A stretch of 64,000 nt of DNA from Eledone cirrhosa (lineage: Eukaryota), in NCBI GenBank assembly GCA_964016885.1, contig OZ024754.1, positions 32,922,001 through 32,986,000 on the forward strand, read 5' to 3'. The notes below the pieces were generated by a model that was not told the DNA's origin, ran no database searches, and saw only the letters and a list, made by a program, of their open reading frames with translations. This document shows positions 29,734-42,925 of the stretch, in pieces. Made by a program: the position numbers and the translations under genes. Every line of letters begins with the position of its first letter. Within the stretch, counting starts at the first letter, position 1.

Positions 29734-29969
29734 ATGTGTGTGTGTGTGTGTGTATAAAATCTAAAGATGTATTGAGTACCTTTTCTTACTGCGATTACCC
29801 CCTGAAACAATTTGAAAATCTACACACACTTAGATATAATATGTATATGACTGTGGGAGTTCGACTCTTCCACGTTAGGACCAATACCTTGTGGTTGTGT
29901 TTAGCAGTAATTCTATACTCAGAACGTGTGTTAATACTGCTAAATATATATATATACATATGCAAAAGT

Positions 29970-30209
29970 TCTATTTAAAATTGTTGGGATACAACAAGTA
30001 AATATTTATATAACTGATATAAAGCACTCGACAATGGCTTCCAAAAATAATGGTTGCATTTTAAAAGGGTACGTCAAAGCTTATTTGTAAAACTGTTATA
30101 TATTGTATTTTGTCTGATGAAGGCATACCATAATTTAATTTGGTATCCCTGAAATATGTATAATGAAATAAATATGGTTTTATAAATATAGTTTCCATTT
30201 ATTAATATC

Positions 30210-30210
<1 letters not shown>
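29970..30210. mobile_element. Family E element (inverted 3' end plus sense hammerhead arm)
   Basis: aagcactcgacaa antisense 3' motif, then sense hammerhead ending at (TA)n. Confidence 0.65.
30106..30170 (+). ncRNA. Type I hammerhead ribozyme (family E)
   Basis: tattttgt-CTGATGA-aggcatacca...tggtatccct-GAAA-tatgta-TA-atgaaata. Confidence 0.7.
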
Positions 30211-30263
<53 letters not shown>

Positions 30264-30298
30264 TGAGCTCTGCCGTCGGGGGTTATGCATTTTCCTAA

Positions 30299-30329
<31 letters not shown>

Positions 30330-31399
30330 AGGAGCGGGAGAGATTATCGAGGTCAGGTTCGTGACATATATATAAACTTTAATGGCATATTACAATCGTT
30401 TCGATATTGATCAGCTGAGATTACAATAAAAGTGACGGGGCTCGACTCTTTTTCACACACACACACACACACATATTTATATATATATATAGAGAGAGAG
30501 AGAGAGGGGGGGGGGAGACCGAGAAGGAGGAGGGAGTTAGTGTGTGATATTCGCCATTTTCGCCTAAGTACCTTTAGCTGTATAAAGTGAAGTGAAGTGA
30601 AGTGAAACTGATTTTAAATGAAAGATTCACATGGCGGCGTTTAACACTCACTGTGCGATTATTGGTCTGTGATAATCACGTGTGGATGTGTAGCTTTATA
30701 TATATATATGTGTGTGTGTGTGTGTGCGTGTGTGTGGAGGTTGTTGCGTGTATATAGAAGAGAGTATGAGGTGTCTATCTGTGTGTGCGTGTGTGCGTAT
30801 ATGTGTGTGTGTGGAGGATGTTGTGTCTATGTGTATTGAAAAAATGTTGTATGTTCACGATGTAATGTGTATGTGGAAGAGCGTATGAGGTGTCTATCTG
30901 TGTGTGTGTGTGTGCCTGTCTGTGTGTATGTGTGTGGAGGATGTTGTGTCTATATCTGTGTGTATGTGTATTGAAAATGTATGTTCACGATGTAATGTGT
31001 ATGTGGAAGAGCGTATGATGTGTCTATCTGTATATATGTGTGTGTGTGTGTGCGTGTAGTTGTTTTTATGTGGAAGAGAGTATGAAGAATCTATTCGTGT
31101 GTGTTTGTGTTTGGGGGAAGTTGTGTGTATGTGAAAGAAAGCATGAAGTGTTTGTGTGTGTGTGAGTGTGTGAGAGAGAGGGAGAGAGAGGAGGCGTGAG
31201 GAAGAGGGGGTGAGAGAGAGGGGGGAAAGAGACGAGAGAGAGGGAAGAGGGGGAGGGTGGAGGAGAGACGGTGAGAGAGGCTGGTATGGGTGTGCGTAAA
31301 GGGGGTTGAGGTGTTTTGTGAGGAGGGGTGAGATGTGTGGGAGTAGGGAGCGGTTATGTATGTGGGAAAGAGAGTAGGAGGGAAGTATGTGGGGGGGGG

Positions 31400-32130
31400 A
31401 GCTGTGATGTGTGTGAGGTGTAATGTGTGTGTGGAGAGATGTGATGTGTGTGAGGTGTAATGTGTGTGGGGAGATGTGATGTGTGTGAGGTGTAATGTGT
31501 GTGTGAGGAGATATGTGATGTGTGTGAGGTGTAATGTGTGTGTGAGGAGAGATGTGATGTGTGTGAGGTGTAATGAGTGTGTGAGGAGAGATGTGATGTG
31601 TGTGAGGTGTAATGTGTGTGTGTGGAGAGATGTGATGTGTGTGATGTGTGTGTGTGTGAGGAGACATGTGATGTGTGTAAGGTGTAATGTGTGTGTGTGG
31701 AGAGATGTGATGTGTGTGAGGTGTAATGAGTGTGTGTGGAGATATGTGATGTGTGTGAGGTGTAATGTGTGTGTGTGGAGAGATGTGATGTGTGTGAGGT
31801 GTAATGTGTGTGTGTGGAGATATGTGATGTGTGTGAGGTGTAATGTGTGTGTGGAGATATGTGATGTGTGTGAGGTGTAATGTGTGTGTGAGGAGAGATG
31901 TGATTTGTGTGAGGTGTAATGAGTGTGTGAGGAGAGATGTGATGTGTGTGAGGTGTAATGAGTGTGTGTGGAGAGATGTGATGTGTGTGAGGTGTAATGT
32001 GTGTGTGTGGGGAGATGTGATGTGTGTGAGGTGTAATGTGTGTGTGAGGAGAGATGTGATGTGTGTGAGGTGTAATGTGTGTGTGAGGAGAGATGTGATG
32101 TGTGTGAGGTGTAATGTGTGTGAGGTGTTT
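31400..32130. repeat. ~37-41 bp minisatellite (gagatgtgatgtgtgtgaggtgtaatgtgtgtgtg)
   Basis: About 18 tandem copies. Confidence 0.92.
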
Positions 32131-32398
32131 GTGGGTATGTGGAAGGTTGGGCGTGGTGTTGTGTTTGTGGTGGGAAAGGGGTGGGGTGGAACTGACTATG
32201 AGTCAACCAAGTTTTCAGGTATTGGTGCAGTAAATGTATGTGTGTATATGTATGTGTGATTATGTATGTGAATGTATGTGTGTATATGCATGTGTGTATA
32301 TGTGTGTTAATGTATGTGCATGAATGTGTATATAGGTGTGTGTATATGCGTGTATGTGTTTGGGAATGTACGTATATGTGTACTTGTATATAAATGTG

Positions 32399-32466
<68 letters not shown>

Positions 32467-32692
32467 CGAAGGTATATACATGTATATGTGTATGTAAAAC
32501 TATGTATGCGGTTTGGGATTAGTTTTAATTGGGTGAATTTTGTTACGAAATTCATCCCTCCTCTCTCTCTACAAATCTATCTATCTATCTATCTGTCTGT
32601 CTATCTATCTATCTATCTGTCTATCTATCTATCTATCTGTCTATCTGTCTATCTGTCTATCTGTCTGTCTGTCTGTCTGATTCTTTTTTGGA

Positions 32693-33043
32693 AGAAGAAT
32701 CAGGATGGAGAGAGAGGTGCTGTACCCCAGCAAGTTTTATGAAAGGTGGGTGAAAGTGGCGAGAATGGCCCGAGTGAATGGGCCTTCTCTCTATATCAGC
32801 CTGTAGGTTGAGGAAAAGGAGGAGGAGAGGAAAGGAGTACAAACTCTTCGTACTCCTGGAGATGAGGGTAACACATTTTTTCGGGGGTATGTGTTACCCA
32901 TATAAACTGTCTCCCTCTATTGGGGAAAATCGACTAACTTTTTAAATTGCATCTGTGATAACATTTTACACGTTTTTATTGTATGTAAACTTCCCCCTTT
33001 GTATTTGTCCCCTTCTTTTGTGCCCCTGTGGCTAATAAAGAAA
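32693..33043 (+). mobile_element. 3' end of probable L1/Tx1-like LINE with 3' UTR and aataaa, embedded in (CTAT)n
   Basis: RRIRMEREVLYPSKFYERWVKVARMARVNGPSLYISL* (stop 32804-32806) has the F..RW terminal motif of Tx1-like ORF2. Confidence 0.5.
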
Positions 33044-33170
33044 CTTATCTATCTATCTATCTACTCTTCTGTCTATCTGTCTGTCTAACTATCAATATAT
33101 CGATGTCTTTTTATGGCCAATCGCAGGTCAATTTGGCCGACTCTCTCTCTATGCGTATGTACAGATACAT

Positions 33171-33239
<69 letters not shown>

Positions 33240-33707
33240 TGATATATATATAATATACAAATACATACATATATACATACATATATGATATACAAATACA
33301 TACATTCATATATATATATATATATGTATATATATGTATATATATATAAATATAAATATATATGTATATATATAAATATATATGTATATATATAAATATA
33401 TATGTATATATATATATATAAAAATATAAATATATATGTATATATATATATAAATATATATGTATATACATATATAAATATATATGTATATAAATATATA
33501 TGTATATATATATATATATAAATATATATGTATATACATATATAAATATATACGTATATATATATACATATATAAATATATATGTATATATATATATATA
33601 TATACATATATAAATATATACGTATATATATATACATATATAAATATATATGTATATATATATATATATATATGTACATATATAAATATATATATATATA
33701 TGTATAT

Positions 33708-34052
33708 GTAGGAGGTGAGTTTTATTTTAGTACAATAAAGCAATGCAAATATTGGATAAGTAGCACTTCCTTATTATACTCCTCTCCCTCCATTTTTACT
33801 CTCATCTCCTCCTCTTTTTCATCCTTTCCACCCCCACCCCCCTCAATTTTTTTTCCCAATATCACACATCAATCTAAAATTACTTTTCATGTGTTGATTT
33901 AAAACTGCACTATTCACAAGTGTTTTTTAACCTTCATATCATGTCTCGCTATTTTATCTGACGAAAACGCAAATGTCATCGCATGATGATATTTGTTTTT
34001 GAAATGCGCATAATAAAATACATGGAACTCTTTTAACCATCTTTTGATCTTA
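33708..34052. mobile_element. Family D element (inverted 3' end plus sense hammerhead arm)
   Basis: gtaggaggtgagtttt antisense end. The sense arm ends gatctta/ta as at 24820. Confidence 0.8.
33950..34020 (+). ncRNA. Type I hammerhead ribozyme (family D)
   Basis: tattttat-CTGACGA-aaacgcaaatgtcatc gcat gatgatatttgttttt-GAAA-tgcgca-TA-ataaaata: perfect 8-bp stem I. Confidence 0.85.
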
Positions 34053-34057
34053 TATAT

Positions 34058-34091
<34 letters not shown>

Positions 34092-34179
34092 CATAAATAA
34101 ATATATATGTATATATATAGATTATATATATAGTATATAGTATATATATATAGTATATATTCCTATATAGTATATATAT

Positions 34180-34330
34180 AGGAACGAGAAGGACCCCGAC
34201 GGCTGAGCTCAAGCCGTTTCGACGGCTAATTCTGGACTAATTAGTCACTCTACTACCCACTCTACTACCCTAAGTATTGAGTACTTTGGTGCGTTATGGT
34301 CCACCTGGTTCCTTACCACATTTCCTTCGT
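34180..34330. mobile_element. Family A element, inverted 5' part without overlap
   Basis: Antisense internal piece joined to the sense 3' end. Confidence 0.8.
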
Positions 34331-34347
34331 TATATATATATACATAC

Positions 34348-34956
34348 ATGGTGGCTGCCAACTCGTTTTCGAGTACGGCCACTACTTTATATCCATGTAG
34401 GAGAACCCCTACCGATGCGCTGAACAAATGTGACTTTTTAGTCCAGCCAGCGACTTGAAAACTCTGGTACAAAGACTACACTTGTGACCATTATTGACAC
34501 ATAGTGCTGGGCCTATGGTACCATGTGATGACAAGTGCAGAGAGATCTCCAGATATAAAGCAATGCCTGTGCTGTGAAGCTTTTATAGTGAGCAAAGGCA
34601 CTGCACAAAGCCAGTCCCACTCTCTTAACCAAGATGAAATTTACCAAAAAGAAGAACAAGTCAACATCATTGGATACCATCAGGGTTGCAGGTGTTATAT
34701 CAGAGTTTTCCTTCTCCTAGAATTCTGCCTTGACAAAGGCTAAGGGGTCATCTCTCCCGGTGATTTTCGATGGCTATTGACTCTTAAGAGCTCCCTTGCC
34801 CTGTGACAGGTTTTGTATTTAGTCCTGCAGGATGTCCAAAGTCACCCTCCTCACCAAGAAACCTTGGTGGGGTTGCCAGTTTAGTCGCCAACGACCCGAC
34901 CCGAGACAGGTTGTACTGGGATACATGTTACCAGTAGCACCAACTGGTGACCTGAC
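34348..34956 (-). mobile_element. Non-autonomous RTE-like derivative, ~610 bp, longest copy in the window
   Basis: RTE-type leader motif ggagaaggaaaactctga joined to a C2H2-finger remnant and the gccgtactcgaaaacgagt 3' end. Copies at 36208-36618 and 53701-54079. Confidence 0.65.
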
Positions 34957-35289
34957 ATATATATACATACATACATACATACATACATACATACATACAT
35001 ACATACATACATACATGTAATGCCATTTAATGGTAATATCTGATCAGGGACACACTAGTTGTGTGTAAAGTTGTTGTTTACTTTCCACTAATCTCACTTT
35101 GATCCAGAATTTCTATGACCAAAGGCGTTCCATCCGTGATCATTCCAATTCTTTTTCAGCCAGAATGTATCTATGGCAACGGTTCCCGTTGGGGACGAGT
35201 GGTGGAGGAGAGCTCCGCAAATGTAAAAGTTGAGGTCCCTGAGATATGCTCAAAATTTCAAGTAATTTGTTATACATTATTGAAGATAA

Positions 35290-35485
35290 ATGGTGATGGA
35301 TTGGCAGTATCGGTTGAGGGTAGGACGCCATGCTTTGTAGCATAGAGTTACGCCCCTTTACGGTCTGAGTTCAAATCCCGCCAACGTTAACTTTGCCTTT
35401 CATCCTTACGGGGTCGATAGAATAAAGTACCAGTAATGCACTGGGGTAATTCCTGGCCTTGTGCCAAAAGTAGAAACAATTATTG
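35290..35485 (+). mobile_element. tRNA-type SINE, near full length
   Basis: A-box-like tggcagtatcgg, B-box-like gagttcaaatccc, family tail. Confidence 0.8.
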
Positions 35486-35545
35486 AAGATAAAATTTTTC
35501 TCTAAATTTATATACATTTCTCCCTTTCGATTATTATCATTAGTG

Positions 35546-35768
35546 AAGGGGGATTGGCAGACACGGTAGAGCGTCGGACAACATGCTCCGCTGCATAGAG
35601 TTACGGCCCTTTACATTATGAGTTTTAATCTCACCGTTGCTAGCTTTGCCTTTCATCCTTAAATGGTCGATAAAAGAAAGTTCCTGTAACACCCTGGGGT
35701 CGATTTAATCGAATCCCCTCCTCAATTGCCGTCCTTGTGCCTAGAGTAGAAATCATTATTATTATTAT
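35546..35768 (+). mobile_element. tRNA-type SINE, related subfamily with (att)n tail
   Basis: Tandem to the previous copy with the same body motifs. Confidence 0.75.
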
Positions 35769-36048
35769 TCAAAATTACAATAGCTTTTTGTGGGCTTTCT
35801 CCAGAGGCCCTTGGAGGTATTCCTACTGTTGTGGAGTTATATCTGTATTTTAAATGTTTATCTTCTAGTCTTCTTTATAAACCTTCCCTTCACACAGAAA
35901 AACCCACAATCTACCGTCCTGTACCGCCATTTCTATAATAAAATAAAGATGGTTGCACGCTACTAACGTAATGTCTACCTTTTAAGCGTGGTCACCTCTC
36001 AATATACATCAGGAATCCACCTATTATATATACATTACCACAGCAGAT

Positions 36049-36133
36049 GTCCGACGAGCTTTTGATTCCAGGGTCGGGCCAGATAGAGGCAGATAGAACC
36101 TTGAACCTGTTCAATAGCGAAACGCGCGTCACT
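36049..36133 (+). ncRNA. Degenerate minimal hammerhead (core CCGACGA)
   Basis: CCGACGA-gcttttga...tcaatagc-GAAA-cgcgcg-TC. GAAACGCGCGTC is the classic palindromic stem III. Stem I is only about 2 bp. Confidence 0.55.
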
Positions 36134-36207
36134 ATTCAATAACGAATTCAATAACGAAGGCATAACAATTCTTCCTTTTACTATTGTGTGTGCATGTATG
36201 TATATAT

Positions 36208-36618
36208 GGGAGAGATGACCCCTTAGCCTTTGTCAAGGCAGAATTCTAGGAGAAGGAAAACTCTGATATAACACCTGCAACCCTGATGGTATCCAATGAT
36301 GTTGACTTGTTCTTCTTTTTGGTAAATATCATCTTGGTTAAGAGAGTGGGACTGGCTTTGTGCAGTGCCTTTGCTCACTATAAAAGCTTCACGGCACAGG
36401 CATTGCTTTATATCTGGAGATCTCCCTGCACTTGTCGTCACATGATACCATGGGCCCAGCACTATGTGTCAATAATTGTCACAAGTGTAGTGTTTGTACC
36501 AGAGTTTTCAAGTCGCTGGCTAGACTAAAAAGTCACACTCGTTCAGCGCATCGGTAGGGGTTCTCCTACATGGATATAAAGTAGTGGCCGTACTCGAAAA
36601 CGAGTTGGCAGCCACCAT
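36208..36618 (+). mobile_element. Non-autonomous RTE-like derivative, 5'-truncated
   Basis: Near-identical to the reverse complement of 34348-34760. Confidence 0.7.
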
Positions 36619-36636
36619 ATATATATATAAATATAT

Positions 36637-36815
36637 AGGAAAAAGTATGACTCCGACGGCAGAGCTCAAGCCGTTTCGACGGCTATTTCTGGACTCGAAA
36701 CGGCTTGAGCTCTGCCGTCGGGGACATACTTTTTCCTATTTCCCACTCTACTACCCTAAGTATTGAGTACTCTGGTGCGTTATGGTCCATCTCGTTCCTT
36801 ACCACAATTCCTTTG
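36637..36815. mobile_element. Family A element, fold-back
   Basis: Junction ctggac/tcgaaac. Confidence 0.85.
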
Positions 36816-36817
36816 TT

Positions 36818-36844
<27 letters not shown>

Positions 36845-36848
<4 letters not shown>

Positions 36849-37133
36849 TGATATTAAATAAATGGAAACTATATTTATAAAACCATATTTATTCTATTAT
36901 ATATATTTCAAGGGTACCAACAATTTTGGTACGCTATCATCAGATGAAATACAAAATGTTTTATAAATATTTGACATGACCAAGGATGATATACCTAAAC
37001 GGTTCAAGTTATCCCTGGAAAGTTATTTATTTAATATCAATAGAATACTTACTCCAGAAACTTGTAGAGTGCTTTGAATCAGTTGTAAACATCTATATTT
37101 GTTGGATTTCCAACAAATTAAATATCTCTTATA
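36845..37133. mobile_element. Family E element (antisense hammerhead arm plus sense 3' end)
   Basis: Orientation switches near 37022. Both ends lie in (TA)n. Confidence 0.75.
36890..36951 (-). ncRNA. Type I hammerhead ribozyme (family E)
   Basis: Reverse complement: tatttcat-CTGATGA-tagcgtaccaa aattg ttggtaccctt-GAAA-tatata-TA-atagaata. Confidence 0.7.
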
Positions 37134-37150
37134 CATATATAATATATATA

Positions 37151-37181
<31 letters not shown>

Positions 37182-37186
37182 ATATT

Positions 37187-37232
<46 letters not shown>

Positions 37233-37519
37233 ATATATTATATATATATATATAATATATATATATTTGTTTTGCGAGTTATTTGATATGAAAGCGTGTG
37301 TCGAAACAGTGAGAATGTTCTGTTATTGTTTCTGGCAATAATATGACCCTCCCCAAATATAACAATATATATAATACATATATATATATATAATATATAA
37401 ATATATAATATATATATATGTATATATTATATATATATATATGTATATATTATATATAACAATATATATAATACATATATATATATAATATATAAATATA
37501 TAATATATATATATATATA

Positions 37520-37596
<77 letters not shown>

Positions 37597-37741
37597 TCGT
37601 GTAGAGAGAGGGTGAGAGGGAGAGAGAGAGCTATATAAATGTAGATTTAGTGGATAGAGATATTTTACTATATTAAAATGTATGCTCAAATATACGCATA
37701 CATGCGCGATTTTATGTACACACCGGCGCGCGCACACAAAT

Positions 37742-37797
<56 letters not shown>

Positions 37798-37998
37798 CAA
37801 TTACCCACCATGCCCACTGCCAAGAGGCTGAATCAATAAAATACAGTGTATAAACAAGAAAATTATAGAAAAGGATAGGAAATTCGCTATTTAAATAATA
37901 TGTATGTATACGTAAATATATATATATGTACACACGCACACAGTAACTTATACAAATACACACACACAAGTACACACACACATATATATATATATATA

Positions 37999-38029
<31 letters not shown>

Positions 38030-38244
38030 TTATGCATATATATATATATGTATATTTATATATATTTATATATATTTATATATATATATAAATATATACA
38101 TGCCTGTGTATATATATATATATATATATATATTAATATATGTATATATATAAAGCTCACACATAGACACAGGCATGTATATATTTATATATATATAAAT
38201 ATATATAAATATACATATATAAATGCATAAATACACACAGATAT

Positions 38245-38282
<38 letters not shown>

Positions 38283-38624
38283 CTGTGTATATAAAGGCGT
38301 AGCCATGTTTATGTATAATAAACAATAATAAACATAGCAGTCTTTCGTTATTAATATTTTAAGATTTGACACCTCTATCTCTGTAACCAGTGAGAATGTC
38401 AGACCCCTGTTTATCGATTTTGACCCGTCAAATCTGACACTTTATTACTTGGTACTCAGATAAAAATAAGCTATAGCTTGAATACTTTTTTACATATGAA
38501 ACGCAAATAAATATCGCAAATAAATCACCGGTTGAAGATGCTCATTTACATATAGTGACGGTCTAAGATTAATTAGCAGTGACACTAACATAGCGTGGTT
38601 CATAACAGAGGTTTATATGATGCA

Positions 38625-38742
38625 ATAATTGTTTCTACTTTTAGCACAAGGCCAGCAATTATCTCAGTACGTTACTGGTGGCTTTATTTAAGTATGTAAG
38701 GATGAAAGGTAAAGTTAACCTCGGCTGGATTTGAACTCATGA
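38625..38742 (-). mobile_element. tRNA-type SINE 3' part
   Basis: Matches the family tail and B-box region. Confidence 0.7.
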
Positions 38743-38804
38743 TACGATAATATATAATATAAAATAATAGTGCTGGTCGGTCTTAATAGTGCTATACATA
38801 TAAG

Positions 38805-39062
38805 TGGACCAGGTATAACAGACTAAGTTTCACGGACCATGTTTCAGGACCAGGTTTAACAGACTAGGTTTAAGGAATTAGGTTTAACGGACCAGGTTTC
38901 ACGGACCAGGTTTCACGGACCAGGTTTCAAGGACCAGGTTTCACGGATCAGGTTTCACGGACCAGATTTCATGGACTAGGTATAATGGACTGGGTTTAGC
39001 AGAATAGATTTAAGAGGCTTGGTTTCACGGGCCAAGTTTAAGGGACCAGGTTTAACGGATTA
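38805..39062. repeat. ~14-15 bp degenerate tandem repeat (ggaccaggtttcac)
   Basis: Direct periodicity. Confidence 0.85.
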
Positions 39063-39554
39063 ACCATTATAGAAAGACTCGCTGAATGGAGAGTCAACAG
39101 TAATACTAATATATGGGGAGTAGTTAGAGTATGGGATGTGTAGAAGGGATGGACCCTAGTTAAAAGGAGGAGTAGTAGGAGGAGGAGATACATGGGAAAG
39201 GCAGAGAGGATGATGTGTGTGAGAAAGGTGTGGTGTCTAGTTAAAAGTAGTAGTGAGAGGAAGGGAGAGAGAAAGACAGAGAGAGTGGTGTGTGTGAGAA
39301 GGGAATGGTTTCTAGTTAGAAGAAGTAGTAGTGAGATGAAGGGAGAGAGGGAGAGTTGGTGGTGTGTTGCGGGATGGAGGGAGTGGTCCCTAGTGTCAGA
39401 AGGAGTGGCAGTGGGAGGAGAAGATACAGATGAAAGCCGAGTGAGTAACATGGAAGGGGAAGGGAGTGATCCCTAGTATTTGAAAGAGTAGAAGTGGGAG
39501 GTACAAATGTATATTTACATTCTGATATGGTCACACAAACACACACAGACACAG

Positions 39555-40140
39555 ACACACTTACATACACACATGTATTCACACACACACATACACACAC
39601 ACACACTTACACACTTACACTCATGTATTCACACACATACACCCACTACATACTTACACTCATGTATTCACACATACACCCACTTACACACATGTATTCA
39701 CACACACACACCCACTACATACTTACACTCATGTATTCACACACACCCACTTACACACATGTATTCACACACACACTTACTTACACACATGTATTCACAC
39801 ACACATACACCCGCTTACATGCTTGCACTCATGTTTTCACACACACACACACACTTGCATACATATACCCATTCATGTATTCTGATATAGACACACACAC
39901 ACATGCATTACCCCATTCCTGTATTCTGACACACACACACATTCCATTCATACATAGCCACATACACATGCAAAATACGCATACATATACACAGTAACAT
40001 ACACATGCAGTATACGCATACATATACACAGTAACATACACATGCAGTATATTCTGACACATACACAGCCACATACACATGCAGTATACGCATACATATA
40101 CACAGTGACATACACATGCAGTATACGCATACATACACAC
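39555..40140. repeat. CA-rich minisatellites (catgtattcacac; acatacacatgcagtatacgc)
   Basis: Recurring anchors. Confidence 0.75.
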
Positions 40141-40337
40141 GCATGGTTACATATATAAATTCTGCCGTATCTGTTTTAACCTGATTAGTTCTTTCGTTGT
40201 TTTGGTATTGTATATGTTGGGTTTTGCTTACCGCAATTTGTCAAGACCTTCCCTTATTGAGTGCTTTGCTACTCATTCCTTATTCTAGGTCGACTTTGCT
40301 TGGCCACAACCAAAGCTTCTATTTTACTAAGCTTCCA

Positions 40338-40374
<37 letters not shown>

Positions 40375-40398
40375 ATAGAGGTGTAACACACAAGTTAT

Positions 40399-40643
40399 TA
40401 TATATTGGTAAACGGAATAGAAAATGCTGACAAATTGTTCACAGTTGAAAAATGGTTTAATTAGGAATAAAAGAGTATTAGTGATTGTATGGGTTAGTAT
40501 TCAGTTGTGGTTTTAAGTTAAAAACTTAAAACCACAACTGAATACTAACCCATACAATCACTAATACTCTTTTATTCCTAATTAAACCATTTTTCAACTG
40601 TGAACAATTTGTCAGCATTTTCTATTCCGTTTACCAATATATA
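40399..40643. repeat. Palindrome with ~120-bp arms and a 3-nt spacer (40520-40522) in (TA)n context
   Basis: ttggtaaacggaatagaaaatgc ... gcattttctattccgtttaccaa. Confidence 0.9.
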
Positions 40644-40758
40644 TATATATATATATATAACTATTAAGCTCTGATATGGTTTTTCGTAGACAACAGAACT
40701 CTGTTACCTACATAGAGCACTCTTTTTTCCTGGACTTTTCCGGTGGAATTACTTCATT

Positions 40759-40837
<79 letters not shown>

Positions 40838-40840
<3 letters not shown>

Positions 40841-40973
40841 AACGAGTAGGACACCGACGGCTGAGCTCAAGCCGTTTCGACGGCTAATTCTGGACTTTAC
40901 CCACTCTACTACCCTAAGTATTGAGTACTTTGGTGCGTTATGGTCCACCTGGTTCTTTACCACATTTCTTTCG

Positions 40974-40974
<1 letters not shown>
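40838..40974. mobile_element. Family A element, inverted 5' part without overlap
   Basis: Same layout as 34180-34330. Confidence 0.8.
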
Positions 40975-41021
<47 letters not shown>

Positions 41022-41023
<2 letters not shown>

Positions 41024-41226
41024 TAAAAAGTGAGGTTTTTTTTACAAAGTGTAAAATAAGCGAGGTGTCCTACACGAGTGAAAGTATAAAGAAAAAAAAG
41101 ATGAAATCGAAAATGCAACTGGAGTCTTTTTTTATAAAAATATATTTATTTGGTTCCTTTACCGGTTTCGCAGTTCTTCTGCTTTTCAAAAGGTGAGTTG
41201 AGATGGAGTGTCTGTGGTTTTTCTCA
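41022..41226 (-). mobile_element. Family C element with U3-A8 hammerhead at 41156-41193
   Basis: Near-identical to 10943-11149. Confidence 0.8.
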
Positions 41227-41303
41227 TATACTGCATGTGTATGTGACTGTGTATATGTATGCGTATTTTGCATGTGTATGTGACTATATATATAGTGAAC
41301 GTG

Positions 41304-41355
<52 letters not shown>

Positions 41356-41358
41356 AAG

Positions 41359-41394
<36 letters not shown>

Positions 41395-41397
41395 AAG

Positions 41398-41441
<44 letters not shown>

Positions 41442-41641
41442 CACGTTCACTATATATATAGTCACATACACATGCAAGTTAGATCGCAGATATATATATA
41501 TAAAAGTAAGTTATATAAAAGTAAGTTAGATCGCAGATATATATATATAAAAGACAGCGAGAAGCGAAAACCAACCAAACAGTGAGTGTGTTCTGTTATT
41601 AATTCTGGCAATATTACGCAAATATGACCCTCCCCAAATAT

Positions 41642-41681
<40 letters not shown>

Positions 41682-41808
41682 TAAATAAATATATATAGTG
41701 AAAGTGTATATATATATATAAATATATATAGTGAAAGTGAATATATATATATATATATATGTTATGGAATACTGTTAGCTTCTCGCTACAACAATTTTTA
41801 TACTTTTC

Positions 41809-41847
<39 letters not shown>

Positions 41848-42131
41848 TATATACATATATATATATACACTTTCACCCCCTCCTCTTTCACACATTCGCT
41901 CCCCGCCGCACGCTCTCCCCCTATCCAGCTCTCTCAACATCCTCTGTCTGTCTCTCTTTGTCTCTCTCTATATATATATTAGATTTAGAGCACTGTTGAG
42001 TGCTCTAAATCAGTTATAAACATTTATATTTGTTGGACTTCTAACAAATTAAAATCTATCTATAGAAATATATTGAGTACTCTGGTACGTTATGGCCCAC
42101 CTGGTATCTTACCACACCCCTTTTGTTATAC

Positions 42132-42180
<49 letters not shown>

Positions 42181-42304
42181 TCTCTCTCTAGGTCGGTGTC
42201 GTTTCTATCTAGATATCTATCTCCAATCTCGTGCAAATCTAACTTTTTCACACAGGCAAAACATTTATTTCCCTGATTTGTAAGCTTGTGCTAAAGCAAC
42301 ACCA

Positions 42305-42345
<41 letters not shown>

Positions 42346-42759
42346 TCCTAGGTTCATTCCCGATGTGACCTTTTGAGCAACTAACTGTCTTTTACCAGAG
42401 TCTCGAATCAACTGACGCCTTGTGAGTGAGATTTGGTTGATGGAAACTGTTTGGAAGCCCGTCAGATGGAATGTACCTCAAATTCAATGGGCTAGTCTTG
42501 TCACAATCTGTGTCACGCTGAATCTCCCGGAGAATTACGTTAAGGCTACACGTGTCTGTGGAATTCAGATTGTTGAAACCGAAGTTTATTACACCTTCCT
42601 TTCATTCTTGTCTAAATATAAACATTTTCTCGTCTTATTGTGATTCTCTCTTACCTAACTATCTGTTAAAGCGAATAATTATAGCAAGGTGTCTGGCGGC
42701 AAAATTCATTTAAATAAAAGGGTTCATGAAAAGTTTGGGAACAATTGTTCCTGACTAGC

Positions 42760-42925
42760 GTGCGCATGGCTTAGTGGTGAAGGCGCATGGCGTAGTGGTT
42801 AGAGCATTGGGCTTGCAATCGAAAGGTTGTGAGTTCAATTCTCAGACCGGGTGATGTGTTGTTTCCTTGAGCAAGACACTTTATTTCACGTTGCTCCAGT
42901 TTACTCAGCTGTAGAAATGAGATGA
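42760..42925 (+). mobile_element. CORE-type tRNA-derived SINE with duplicated head
   Basis: tggcgtagtgg A box, gagttcaattc B box, ccttgagcaagacacttt CORE-like segment. Confidence 0.75.

Noticed and set aside
42760-42850. tRNA gene
   Set aside because: tRNA-like head continues into a CORE-type SINE body and the acceptor stem is not intact.
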